Shown here: one piece after another, positions 34,331 to 47,911 of the stretch
Layout: each line of letters begins with the position of its first letter
Numbering within the stretch: position 1 is the first letter of the stretch
Assembly: GCA_973895155.1 (NCBI GenBank)
Contig: OZ316898.1
Location: forward strand, 7,861,079 to 7,925,078
Direction: 5' to 3'
Length of the DNA: 64,000 nt
DNA from: Marsupella aquatica
Lineage: Eukaryota; Plantae; Marchantiophyta
Notes under the pieces: model-generated
Told to the model about the DNA's origin: nothing
Databases searched by the model: none
Seen by the model: the letters and a program-made list of their open reading frames with translations, nothing else
Translations under genes and position numbers: made by a program

Positions 34331-37300
34331 TGTTTTCCGTCTAGTCGAGTAGAGAATTCCTACGACCGACGCACCCGAAAATCAACCGAGCTCGATCACC
34401 AAAGGTTCCGTCAAACCCCTAGAGAGATTCCTCGACGTATTCCTTGTCTTCCACTCCTCCTCCGTCAAAATTACAATCGAATGAATACCGTCCTGCTCCA
34501 ACCTTCGAAACAACTCAAAGTCGCCCCAGTCGCAGCTCTAGTCCAGCGTCACAGCCACATCAGAGAGCTCCAGTGCCAACCAAAGAGCTGCGTACGTGTA
34601 TATTCAAAGACTCGTTGCCCAAGTCAGCACTGGAGAGATTGTCAGCACGGCCATGCCAGAAACAAAATTATATCATCGACAACTATAACTCCGAAGCCAA
34701 GTCGTCAGAGCCAAAACTTAGTCCCTCCGAATGAATCACTCCTCTGGCTCTCTCACCCGCCCACGATCCAATACATCAACCTTTCATAAACGACACCACC
34801 ACTACCAATTAATTCACAGCCCGACCAGGAGTGTTTTCCACCACACTCCGAGAGCAGTAGGTACCATTCGCTGGCCTGGATATCTCAGCTAGGAACGACT
34901 ACAAATCTTATTTTACAATATAATCAATCACCTCGCCAGCATCACCGATATATTCTCCCAGTCCCACAGCTCTCGAGCGGCTCGAGAGAAGTCAGGGTTC
35001 CTTTCACTTTACTTCACAGCTGCTCACGCATTTAAGAATTGGGTAGTCAGGTATCGAGCGAGCTGGCTCAGCTGGGGCTCTGGGAATGACAGGGGTATGA
35101 TTTGGACCAGGACCAAGTCATTTAATGAAGCTCGCTCTCTCTCTCTCTGGGTCTGTCTTCGTCCACAGCTCCAGACTGTCTTTGTTATATTAACTCTACA
35201 CTCTGCTCTGCTTCGTACAAAAGCATAGACGACAGCTGCAGCTCGACTGTAGCTATGGCGACAGGAGGGAAAGGGAAAAAATTCAGGTAGGGCGGATATG
35301 GACCGACCGAAAAGGGAAGGGAAGGGAAGGGAAAGAAAGGAAGCGTCGATGGAACGGAACTTTTGGGGATGCAACAAATTCGTTTGTGCGAAATCCGAGA
35401 AAAACAAGCGCGATTTTCGGGTGTGCTCGAGATCTGTGCTTTCTCAGCAACTGCCAAGAATGAGAGTGGAGTACTGAAGGGACTAAGGGAGACGTATTTG
35501 TTTGATTGAGGTCTATCAACTGTCCAGATCTGAGATAGAAAGATACATCAATGGTGCACATTGGGGAAAAATATTGGGGAAAAATATTTGAGGGGGTTGA
35601 TTAAGCAAACTTTTTCCAAAATGGGGTCACCTAAGCACATCTCTCTCGTGAAGGGACTATCGTTGACTCAAAAATTATAGATTATTCAAAATTGAAACCT
35701 ATTGTAATCTCATAGGGTATTATGGCATACTTTAAGTAGGTTGTCACTAAAAATATTTGAATTTATTGTATTTTCAAACATGTCACAAGTTTTGTATATG
35801 GTCATTTGGTGAACTTGTGATCCATATACAAAACTATTTTATATTTATAAATAAATAAAAATTGTGATAATCTAGTTTATTAGAACATCTTTAGTGACAA
35901 AGTAGTTAGAAATTGTTATGACATACTAGCCATATGCCAGTGCTTTGCCCTGTGCAAGGAGGGTCGGCCCATAGTGAGTCGGACAAGGGCATTCAGTATG
36001 GGGCAGTGGGAAGCACATATCTGTCAAGGGTGCACATTTTTTCCATCAATGATCAGGGAAAACAGCTAATCGAATCCAATGGTTGTGGATCTTACCCGCC
36101 CAGGAACTTCTTTGTATTGAAACTAAGGAAGGAAAAAGGCGGGATCCCTTATTATAGTTGTAGGTAAGAGCATCCCCACTGGTTTGGTGGGCCAACTTTG
36201 CCAAAGGGGAAAATGAAGCGGCCATTTGGAGGCGTGCATCGTGATATTGTTTGGGTGATAAGTGTTGCACCGGCGCCTTGTAAACAAAGCTCTGGCTTTG
36301 AATGCACAGATGTTGATGCTAGCGCCAATTTCATAAAAGTGAGGGTATGCGGCATGAGGCCTGGGATGTGAACTGGTGGCATGAGCTGCATTAGACTTAT
36401 CCACAAAGGTCATAATTAATTTACTACAATATATTTTTACAAAAAAATACTCAAAAAATCCTATTCATGAACTTGTTTAACCAAGCATGACAGGTGACTG
36501 GTTCTTGACAAAAGTGGCATGGCATTACAAAGGCACCATCATAGGAGAGATTTGCATGAACACATTTTTGGAAACCAAATTGATGTAAAAGTGTTTTTCA
36601 TAACAAGCACCAACACATACTAAACTCATGAGTTTACAAATAGGTATATTAACTAAGAAAGTTTGAGACTATTCTGAAAGCATTTGCTCTATTCATGATA
36701 AGCACTTCGACATCAGATATTGTGAATCAACTGAAAACAGACTCTTTGCGTTTGTGGAGGACACCTTGAGTGGCTTGGGGACAAGGTTGACCACTTTTGA
36801 GAATGATGTTACTTTTTTGTGAAGGATGCCCTTAGTAGTTTGAGCCTCAACAAAGGATGCTTCTTTGTTGTTGTTTCGTTGCTGTAGAATTTATGCAGGA
36901 CTTCGTTCTGTAATAAAGGAAGCCCCAAATTATGTTGCACCATGACAGCACTAAACTTTGTTCTCACAAAGATTGAGATAAGGCAAAAACTTGCATGTGA
37001 GCACCGACAGATGATGTTGCAGAACACTTGTTCCAAATTCATTCAGTAAGAAGATCTCAAAATGTAGGTAGCAAAGTAAAACATCTCAGCCCTAATGGGT
37101 ATGAGATGACAAAATTATGGCTAAAAAACTGGTTTGATGCATCTTGAAATGCTAACATACTTCAGTAGCATAGAAACAACATCATGAAAATGCCAAGAGA
37201 ACAACTAATTAACTTGAAGTTCCGTTGGTTTAAAGTACACACTGTCACCGCTAATTATCAACAATTTGACCTCATTTGTTGATTTGAGAAATCCAGATCA

Positions 37301-38915
37301 ATACAGATTAAGGGAATTTTAATCATACTTGGATCAAGCTGCTACTGTAGCTAGTATAGATTTTGTATCAAGTGTATTTAAGTCCCATCCTTCACATCAA
37401 AGAAAAACTAGTCATCCTCTTAGGCTCTCATCATGTCTTCCCAAATGTCACTACCAAACTCTACATTGAACGCATGCCTATTGAATTCTTCACTTCATTG
37501 ATTTTGCCTTTCAATGCCTTTACTGAAGACCTTTCAAGACCTTCACCTTCACTTTGAACCAACTCATTTAAAGTAGAGCATGCTACGTAAGGAGGTTTTC
37601 TTCCTGGAAGCAAATGTAAAATCATACTACATAAATTGTTTTGATGCCACAGGCAGGTGTGTGGTCATTTGCTGCGCAATATTTTGGTCTCACATGGGGG
37701 ATATCTCAGTTATGCAACTGCAGCTGTATACTGTGCACAACTTACAACTAAATATGCAAGTGCCATGGCTGTGAGTGAACCACAAGGCACATGCTGGTAT
37801 GTAGTTGGCCTCCACTTTCCTCCCTTTGACTGCGCAGATGCCCAACTGTCATGATTTTAGCTGTGTCATTTGCCTCCTCTACACCAAACCCATCTTCCTT
37901 AGTTTACAAGTTTTTGTTCCCTGCTTGAGTGGCCAATTTTCTTCTTTTATCTGTTTTCATTTACCAGTTTGGATGCCGATTGTTCTTGTTTTACAGGTAT
38001 CATTCACCAGTGGAATAATGCATCTTGAATGTCATCTCAATGTTGGGATGGACTATTGGCATATTATCTAAAAAGACTTGAATACCATGATCTTTTACAG
38101 TAGCCTTTAAAATGGTCGCTTGGCAATTTGTAATCTGTTACAATTAGTTTGCCAATGGTAAGTACCTGCTCATGCCCACATTATGTAGGGTGTAAGCGAG
38201 GGTGTAAGTCACATAAGTGAAACATCATTCCCATTCCCAAAAGCGATGATTTGCTGCTCCTGCCCAATCTGCTCAGGGAGTGGGGTTATTTTTCAAGTGG
38301 GCCTGCCTGGAGGCAAAAATTTCTTTTGTTTTATGGTTTTCTCATGCCGGGCCCATTTGCCGAGTTCTCCTGTTATACAGCTTCCTTCGCCTGCCCGATT
38401 CCCACTTCTCTCAGCTTCACCACTTTCGTTTCCGCAGCCCGGAACTACCGAGCCCGAACACCAGTGAGGCAGTGACACCCAACGGGCTGTACCTACTACT
38501 GGGTATCCAGAAGGGCAGGCTGTAATGTACGTACGGTCTGGCTCGACGGTCAGGCCCAGTCAAAACGCCCAACTCTTGGAATAATAAAATTAGGCGGCTA
38601 CAGTTGCAAATCTTTCCGATGCGAGGACCGACAAAAAAGGTTGAACCAAAAAAGGTGTTCGATAAGAGCGACGTCTTTTGACGTGGACGGTAAAGAGACG
38701 AGGTTGTGGGGTTTTCTCGGAGGTGGGTTCCATGTGCTTGACAAGACTTGGAAAAGATATGCTTTTCTTTTTGTCTTGCCCTTCTGTCATTAGCCCTCGT
38801 GCACAAAGCTGGGTGCCCGGCATCTGTAGTCTAATTCTCGATCCAAGTTTCATGACCAAGTCCATTGTGAAACCATAGACCCTAACAGCCTAACAGGGTG
38901 TCTCACACGTTGGCA

Positions 38916-40675
38916 ATTTAGGGAGACGAGTCCCTCCATTGTCATTCAATGCACCTCGATTCTCCCCCATAGTCCACCCGAATACTCTCCATTTTTGTGT
39001 CTCACTTTAGTTTCAGGCCAACCCCATTTTTGGGTCCCGGTTCAATTTTGAGGAGGACACAAATTTTTGAGGAGTTCTAATGTTTGATAGTTTTAACTTA
39101 TTCACAAATAATGTAAAACTATAATATCAATTTTAAAAATATCAATATATTTGTTAATATAAAATATTAAATAATTATAAAATATTAAATGGTAATGAGC
39201 ATGGAGAATTGATGCACAGAAGTAGTGTGTGACCTAGTAGTATTGGAGGTCAGTTGAGACTATGATGTGGCATGTTCAAGGCACACGATAGGCAACTTTT
39301 CTTTTCTTTGATTGAGGGCATGGAAAGGAATGAGGGGGCGGGGGTGTCTAATCGTATTTGAAAATGGAAATGGTAAATGAGATATATATGGGGGTTTCAA
39401 GTAATTTGGAGATAGCAAAAATAATACCTATTTTGTTAATTTCTTGTACCTGCCCATTGTTGTGAGGTGCCAATCATGTTCCTGGTGGGGTAGTTGCTTT
39501 CAGTTTTAGGAAGAATCCAACAAAAGAGGTTAGCGTGAGAAGCCAACAAAAGAGATTAGAAGTCAAAAGGCAAACAATATTAGAGGTGGTGTTCACAGGA
39601 GAAGACAGGCCTTGTGCAACAAGCTGAGAAACCAGTAAGACAAAAGAAAGCTCCTTGAAAAAGGCACAAAAACCAACCCAGCAGAAGGCCCCTATGAAGC
39701 TAGTCCAAAAGTGTGTGGTAGAGAAGACAACAGGGCCAGGATTGAGAAGTGTGCTCCAATAGACAGGTTTTTTAAAGTTTGCAAGGAATTGGTGCAATCA
39801 TGGGTCTTAATTGGTTGAGTGTCTTGACAAATGTGTCAAGCACAGCACCTTTGGTAGACTTGTTTTCCAGGGTAGCCAACTTAGACTATTTCCAACCTTG
39901 TATGGTAGACTGCCATTGGCTTCTAGGTTTTCTATTGATTTGAAAAAAAAATTCATGAATAAAGTTTTGCTTCTTATACAATAAGATGTGTGCTTACCAT
40001 GAATGATTTAGGAGATAAATGGTTTTTTATGTGATCATGTCACTCTCCTCAACTTTTCTGTTGCTGCTATATGGAGCATCCTTGGACCTTCATATCCCCA
40101 AGTCCAATTTGTTTGGACATTATTTTAATTTTTATGCCTGGCTTTGATTGGTGTCTCCTTTGTTATTTTTTCTATCCCCAAAATTACTTGAACCCGTCAT
40201 ATATATTTCATTTACCATTTCCATTTTCAAATACAATTAGACACCCCGCCCCTCTAACTTTCATTCCTTTCCATGCCCTCAATCAAAGAAAAGAAAACTT
40301 GTCTGTCATGTGCCTTGAACACACCACCTCATAGTCTCAACTGACCTCCAATACCACTAGGTCACACACTACTCCCGTCAATTCTCCATACTCATTACCA
40401 TTTAATATTTTATAATTATTTAATATTTTATCTTAAAAAATATATTGATATTTTAAAAATTGATATTATAGTTTTATGTCATTTTGAATAAGTTAAAAAC
40501 GTCAAGCATTAGAACTCCTCAAAAATCTGTGCCCTCCTCAAAACTGAACCGGGATCCAAAAATGGGGCTGGCCTGAAACTGCAGTGAGACACAAAAATGG
40601 AGAGAGTATCCCGGTGGGCTCTGGGAGAAAATAGAGGTGCATTGAATGACAATGCAGGGACTTGTCTCCCTGAAT
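38916..40675. mobile_element. Non-autonomous foldback element A with ~510-bp terminal inverted repeats
   Basis: 38916-39426 is the imperfect reverse complement of about 40162-40675 (atttagggagacgagtccct... / ...agggacttgtctccctgaat). Spacer about 730 bp. Confidence 0.85.
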
Positions 40676-42089
40676 CAAGACACCATTCAAAGAGACGAGT
40701 CCCTGGAACAGTATTAACTGTACCTCGGGACTCCCCCAAAGCCTCCCGGAAGGAGATCCCTGAGTTTTCCCCTTTTTGCACCCGTCAGTTTTCAGGCCAT
40801 GACCACAATGGCTGCCCCTGGCTCCCTCTCAATTAGAGACTTAGTTTCATTCAACTTTCTTATCCCCATTTGTGTAGTGCCTTTTTCCCTTACATCTCTT
40901 TGTGGGAGTGTTAGTTTAAATTTCTTGGACTCCCTGGAGACAATCTTTTGACAGAGCTGACATTTTATTTAAATTTCTTGGACTCCATGGAGGGTTCTCA
41001 GGTATTGTCCCGGGTTTGAAAACAAAACAAAATTGACAGTAGCTGACATTATTTAAATTTCTTGGACTCCATGGAGGGTTCCCGGGTATTGTCCCGGTTT
41101 TGAAAGAAAACAAAACTTGAACTCCATGGAGGCAATCGTTTGACAGTAGCTGACATATTTTGACCCGCTTTGCAAAGTCCGGCCCCAGTCTAGTTTTAGT
41201 CATTGATTTATGAGGGGTTGATTACTAAGTGGAAAATCACCTGAGCTCAAACTCTTGCCACTAAATTCTTCCTCAGTTCAATTTTGTACTCCACGCCTTC
41301 CAGACAGCCCCTTTAAGTTAGTGTATTGAGAAGATTTCAAATTTTACAAGAGGGAATTGCTGAAGTAGATGTTTTGTTTTCAAAACACTAAAGTTACAAA
41401 GTTAGGTACAATTATGAGCTAGGCATGAATGCAGTGGTTACCCATCTGGAAGGCGTGGAATACAATGATGAACTGAGGAAGAATTTAGTGGCAAGAGTTT
41501 GAGCTCAGGTGATTTTCCACTGAATAATCAACCACTCATAAATCAATGACAAACTAGACTGGGGCCGGACTTTGCAAAACGGGTCAAAATATGTCAGCTA
41601 TTGTCAAACTATTGCCTCCATGGAGTTCAAGTTTTTTGGTTTTTTTTCAAATCCGGGACAATACCCGAGAACCCTCCATGGAGTCCAAGAAATTTAAATA
41701 AAATGTCAACTACTGTCAATTTTATTTTTTTCTCAAAACTGAGACAATACCCGAAAACTCTCCATGGAGTCCAAGAAATTTAAATAAAATGTCAGCTACT
41801 GTCAAAAGATTGCCTCCATGGAGTCCAAGAAATTTAAACTAACACTCACACAAAGAGATGCAAAGGAAAAAGGCACTACACAAGTGAGGATAAGGAGGAT
41901 AAGAAAGTTGAATGAAGTTAAGTCTAAATTGAGAGGGAGCCAGGTGCAGCGAATGTGATCATGGCCTGAAAACTAAAGAGATGGGTGCAAAAAGGGGGAA
42001 ACTCAGTGTGCTTCTTCCGGTAGGCTGTGGGAGAGTCTCGAGGTACAGTTAATGCTCTTCCAGGGACTCGTCTCTTTGAATGTGTCTTG
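40676..42089. mobile_element. Non-autonomous foldback element B with ~630-bp terminal inverted repeats containing internal tandem subrepeats
   Basis: 40676-41303 pairs with about 41446-42089; spacer about 140 bp. Each arm has 3-4 copies of tttaaatttcttggactccatggag and tgacagtagctgaca. Confidence 0.88.
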
Positions 42090-44736
42090 GGTAAGAGATT
42101 TTTTTATAAATATTTGGACTACTAAATGTTTGTGCATGGAGATGGGAATGGAGAGTCTGGATACTGTCGAACCGTTCTTGATCATATGCGTGCGTATTTG
42201 GGCTATGGCTCCCAATAATTGTTTCTAAATTTACAGAAAATCATGAAAATATGCTACAATGATAAATCAATGTATCGGCCACTTATCTAAGGAATGATCT
42301 ATTGTAGATGTATTCTCTTTCCAGACTTTATTAATAAATTGGGTATAATTACGGAACTCAACTCCAGTCGGGGCTTCAATTTTTGTCACAAGCCTGAAAT
42401 GTTTTTAGACTTAATTAATAAATAAAATTTCCATAATTATAGAACACAAGGAGTTAAAAATAATAGTACAATATTGCAGGGTCTCATGTTTTGTAGCTTG
42501 ACTTAATTGGTTTGACTTAATAGTCAGATTGGCTATAATTGTGTTAAATTGTGTATCCCCACTACAATTTATGTAAAGCCTTTCATGATTTTTCTTTTTG
42601 TATATTTGAGTGTATTAATTTTCTATAATGCACCTTCTTTTTTTTAATAGAGGATTATATAAAATACCATAAATCTAATAAAAATAAAAATTAAATATAA
42701 TTTAATCATACATAAAAAACAATTAAATTTAATCAAGATCTCAAGATGATAATCAAATCTTATATGGTGATATGAATAAAATATCTATGAATAAAATTTA
42801 ATATAATTAAAAAAGATATATTTTTGATCAATTTCATAGCAATCATTTCTGAGATGACCTAATAATCTTAATTTTCTATTTTAAGGATTTATTTATTTTT
42901 ATTTGTTATGAAAAAATTATTCAAGTTTTTACATACATTATTGTCCTAATTATATGCATTATTAAAATAATACCCTCATCATTTTTAGTGTATTATATCA
43001 CACAATGCACTCTAACCAGAATATTATCCTATTCATAATGCACGCATTAATTGGCCTGGCAGAACTGCAGAGAAAACTTTGGAGTACCATGTTAATAAGC
43101 GGGGCAAAGGCCAAACGATCGAGATTCGAAGGGATCCATCCTGCCCGTACCTGTCAGGAACATTAATTATTATTCAATAGCAGAATTATCTCAAATTCTC
43201 AACTGAGGATGAAAGTAATCATAAATTGCTCTTGCGGCGGGCAGTGCAGACGGGCAGGTGGAAACAGGGCTCGAGCCTAGATGGAATCCAGTACGATTTT
43301 CTATTTTTTCTTCGTGGTACAACATACTACAATTATTTTTATAATAATGAAATGACATGATACCTTTGACTGCCCCTCTGTGGCATACTGGCATGTGCGC
43401 GAAGGGTAGTGGTCATTAGGTCAGGGCAAAAACGAATTAGGTCCACAAATGGGTGTTGGCATATTATTATGATTTCGGGAAATGGGAAGTAAACTAAGTT
43501 CGATACGGTCCGTATTCAAACATATTTCATTTTTTGTCTCTGAGATATTGAAAACTTTCATGAGATAAAATGCACCCGAAAAAGGCGTTCAGTTGAAATT
43601 GGTCACCAAATATGTTCTAGCTAAATATAAGCGAAATACACTCAACAAAAGCTAGAAAAATCTTTTTGATTGGTAAAACTGAAATGGGCACCTAAAAATT
43701 ACTTTTTGAGAACCCCCAACCATATACTACTCTACACACTCTCTCCCCTAGATTTAAGGATAACCATGAAATTGAAAAATCAAAGACAAACCACTGGCTA
43801 ATATTTTAGTGGGTGAAATCTGGCAAATTTCCACACTTCCATTCTCCTATAATACACAGTTGTGCCACTTTTTGAAGTGGTCCTCATTCAAAATTTACAA
43901 TTTTCCATGCCAAGTGAAAGAAATTAAATATACAAAGCAAAGCTAAGAGAACAAATAAAAATAAAGCCATTGCAAAATATGAAGGGAGCAAAATCTTTCT
44001 TGATATTCCTCATCACTTTAGCAAGTAGAGTAATTCTGTTTGATGTCATCTTTGTACTTGCAAATACACTCTTTATCTAATCCTTTAGTGGCCATTGTCT
44101 TACTATAGTTGTATTGACCCTGCCCTTTACACCTCGTGTGCATGCAATGCAAGGAGAGTGTATACACCTATTCCCCTGGGGATTCATATAAAATCATTTT
44201 ATAAAAACAAATATACTTGGCAAAATTCAATATATATTTGAATGAGATAACAAGGGATTGGGGGCCAAACTACTCTTGGCTGGGGTGGCAGGGTTTAGGG
44301 ATACATATATAAATGGACAACCACATTTGACAACATCAAAAACTATAATAAGGCGTTGTGCCTTTTTTTGCCGTGGTCGTCATTTGAATTTACAGGGCTT
44401 GTTTTGGGTGAAAGAAATTCAATACAAAAAAAAGCAATAGCGACCAAAAATGGCCCTCACACCAGCTCTTGAGGTCAACTGCCGTCTGATCGCGGCTACA
44501 GCACCGAGCCGAGGCAAGTAAAATGTCGTGCAGCCAGCCTCTACAATGACTGGGTGACCACCCTGCCGCCTTGCCCCGCGCACTGACCATTGACTGCCGC
44601 ACGCTTGCAGTCAACCTCCCACCACCCTCCTTCCCCACCCTGATGACCCGGGCCGGCCCTGCCTCACCCCACTCCCTCCCTCTTCCCTTTTCCCCTACCC
44701 GACTCTTTTTAACAACATCTTTTTACTTGACATCTT

Positions 44737-45068
44737 TGTTGAACAATGACGTCATTCACAATCACCATACAACCATGACTCATTCCATGTACACGTAGTC
44801 GACACAATCTCTACGTGGTTCACCTCTTCAATAAGGCTACGTCCACACAAACACTCAAGCTTTATTTCAAGAGTAGACGAACACACATGCTCTCCCTCTT
44901 CCTCAAGTTGCTCTGTTACAATGAGTAAACACCACACACCAGCGGCTTACACTAGCCCTGGTATATACAAGGTCACATGCGACTAACCTAACCTCAGCTA
45001 AGACCTTAACTATGGTTAGCCTAAGTACCGTAACCTTTGAGTCACAAGACTAAGAGCAATCCTTAACT
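44737..45068. mobile_element. Probable solo LTR (Copia-like) with 5-bp target site duplication
   Basis: Starts TGTTG, ends CCTTAACT (one mismatch from ...AACA). ATCTT lies on both sides (44732-44736 and 45069-45073). It interrupts a low-complexity acaacatctt tract. Confidence 0.6.
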
Positions 45069-45864
45069 ATCTTTTTAACAACATCATTTTACTTGACTTC
45101 GTTTTCCTTGACAACCTCTTTCACATAACAACTTCTTTGGTGACACAACATCTTTGTTTGAATGATATTGTTTACATAACGACTTCTTTGGCGACACAAC
45201 TTCTTTTTTTAATGACATCTTTTACATAACAACATCATCGGCAACACAACCCCGGACATGACCTCTATTTTCTCAACGACATCTTGGCTGACACGACATC
45301 TTTTTTCTCAACAAAATATTGGCCGACACAACATCTTTTGTGCAACGCACGGGTATTGAACTTTTATAATATAATAATGATATGAAGTCACTGCCTTTTT
45401 ATTGCTGCTCTGTGCAAAGTGTGAACTAGGCAATCCCTCCTCTGATGAATATGCTTGGGTAAAAGTATATGATTATAATAATAGTGATATGATGTGTGTT
45501 TGTTACTTCACAAAAGGCTCAGACAATCACCACTTGGAAGGTAATTGATTTTAGGGCTTCTATTCAAACTCCCTTGCAGCCCCTCCCGTTATCGTTCACT
45601 TTACAACTCCACCAAGTGTTTCAATTCGATGATAGATAGTTTTTTGGCTTTTAGTGTGATCTTGCCTTCATTGAGTCTCTTGTCCTTGTGGGATCTTGAC
45701 TGTGGGCTCCCCTTGGTTTTCGTGTTATATATAAAATGATAGCTATGATATCACTCATTTTGACTCCTTCTCTGTGCCATGTGTGAACCCCAGCACTCAA
45801 TAATCTCTCTTGTTTTTTGGCAGTGTAGTATATAAAATGATATGATATCAGTCATCTTCGACTC

Positions 45865-46075
45865 CTTTTCTGTGCCATATGTGAACTCCAGTAAACAATC
45901 CCTCTATGGTCTGATGAATGTGCTGCAGCGAGCAATGTCGTGCTCTCTGTGCCATGTGTGTACTCCAGTAAACAATCCCTCTATGGTCTGATGAATGTGC
46001 TGCAGCGAGCAATGTCGTGCTCTCTGTGCCATGTGTGTACTCCAGTAGACAATCTCTCTCTGGTCTGAGGAATGA
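45865..46075. repeat. 77-bp tandem repeat, about 2.7 copies (partial degenerate copy near 45770)
   Basis: t(c/t)tctgtgccat(g/a)tgtg(t/a)actccagtaaacaatccctctatggtctgatgaatg... at about 45867, 45944 and 46021. Confidence 0.9.
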
Positions 46076-47911
46076 GCTGGGGTGAGCAATGGCGTGCTGT
46101 GGCAAGCCATGTTTGTGCCAACTCTGAGAGCACCAGAAGCATTTTTGGTACTCTCCATTATTCATGCTGTGGTCCCTCTGCAGCACTCTGCACGTTGCTC
46201 CAGCACCACCACAACAACGGCACCTTCGGTACTGCATTACTGAAGGTATATATCACTGATTCCATTCAGCCTTGCTGTTGAAATTCTCGTTGAAATTCGA
46301 AAGGAACGTCGGTGGGATACAGCTAAGCCAGGTATTTTATCAATGCACTCTTATCCCGGTACGCGTGTACCTTAGTCGTAATTAGGTTCGTGCATGGAAA
46401 TGGAATTAAAAACATTCTGCCGCCCAGCTGACAAATTCAATGTTTCAGACGGGGCCCGGAAATTATATATACACCGAAAATATCTCTATGAAAGCACTCA
46501 TTTTCAGTGTGTATATAACTCTGAAATTAAAAAACTGAGAGGGGGGTAATGTTTTGGCCCTTGTGTTATTTCCTGGAATAAAAAGTAATTAACAAATACT
46601 GCCATAATTGCAGGACGGTAGTGTTGGGCCAGGAAGCCTAAAGTGGTGGTGGGTTTGGTGGGATGGAGGCATGTTACTATAGTCCTGAGGATCAAGTTTG
46701 AGCAATAATTAAACAATTTTTGAAACGGTGGGTCCATGTGACAAATGGGCAGTGTTTTTTTTTCAAGTTTCACTGCCCATTTGTTTTTGTGGGGTTTTAA
46801 GTGAAAATGAAAAAAACACTTAAATACATATGTTGGGATTATTCTAAGAATTTTGATGTGAAACATTGAATTATCAGTGTTTACCTCGTTCTTAAAGTGC
46901 GTACACAGGGCACTCATTATAATTGAACAAGAAGCCTGCACAAATCTTGGGTAAGAATCTAGCTAGACTTTACCACTAGAAATATACGGGTTACTCAGTA
47001 TGCTAGGCAGCTTTGAAAACCCCACAAAAAGAAATCACATCTTTTCGTATAACTGCACCTCATCCCTCACCACAGGCTCCCAAAATTTTGAATCTTTGCT
47101 CCTGCAATCTTCTACCCTATCCTCCAAAATGGTTAGATCGGAAACATTACCTAAACCTAAATTCCACTCTAGATTTGGAGGTTTCCTAAGCTTCAGCAGC
47201 TTTTGTCACTCAGACATTTTTTTGGTTAAAGTTGAAGTGACTGGATGCACCTAAGGCTCATTGGTTGCATAGTTTGAGGCTCATTTGGATCCCTTTAGTT
47301 AGGCTACCAATGGATTAATTGGAGGACTGGGAAAATAATGGGGTAGAGAAATGGGCATCAAAAGAGTGTTGGTCTAGAGTTTATCTTGAGAACAAGAAGT
47401 GGCCCCATTTTCCTTTTGGTCTGGAATTTATCAACAAGAAGTGGCCCTCCAGTTTGCTTTGGAGAAAGAAGTCACAAGTGCCGCCAACAACGTCTTGCAA
47501 AAGCCACCTTTAGAATTATGACCAAAATGGCCCCATTACTTGCTCATAATGTAGCCAATTCTGTAGTAGTGGGAAAAGTGTTGGAAAGCCTAATGCTTAA
47601 AAGCTGTGGTGGTCCAGGCTCCTTGGTTTTCACACCTGCTGCCAACTTGTGTGTTGGCTTGCCCTGTTTCTGTTCTCCGGGAGGGCAGTGAAATCCATCT
47701 AATGCACACAACCAACATTCACTTGATACGTTGAATAAAATCATTTCATGGATGATTAAGTTACTGGCATATCTATAATGGAAAGCTTTAATTGTTACGT
47801 ACCTAGGTACTGCCAAGTCCTTTCAAAGGATTTCCACCTTGACCAAGAAGGAAACTCACTGTTTGCATTTTTGTGCAATATGAATTCCTTAGAGAAAATG
47901 CAAGCTCTTAC

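Noticed and set aside
31655-34789. Long plus-strand ORFs (240 aa at 31655, 287 aa at 33926)
   Set aside because: They are antisense shadows of XTH exons and its 5' region, with no motifs.
35930-38880. Coding-like, possibly TE-derived relic
   Set aside because: All frames examined are interrupted, and no transposase motif or termini could be recognised.
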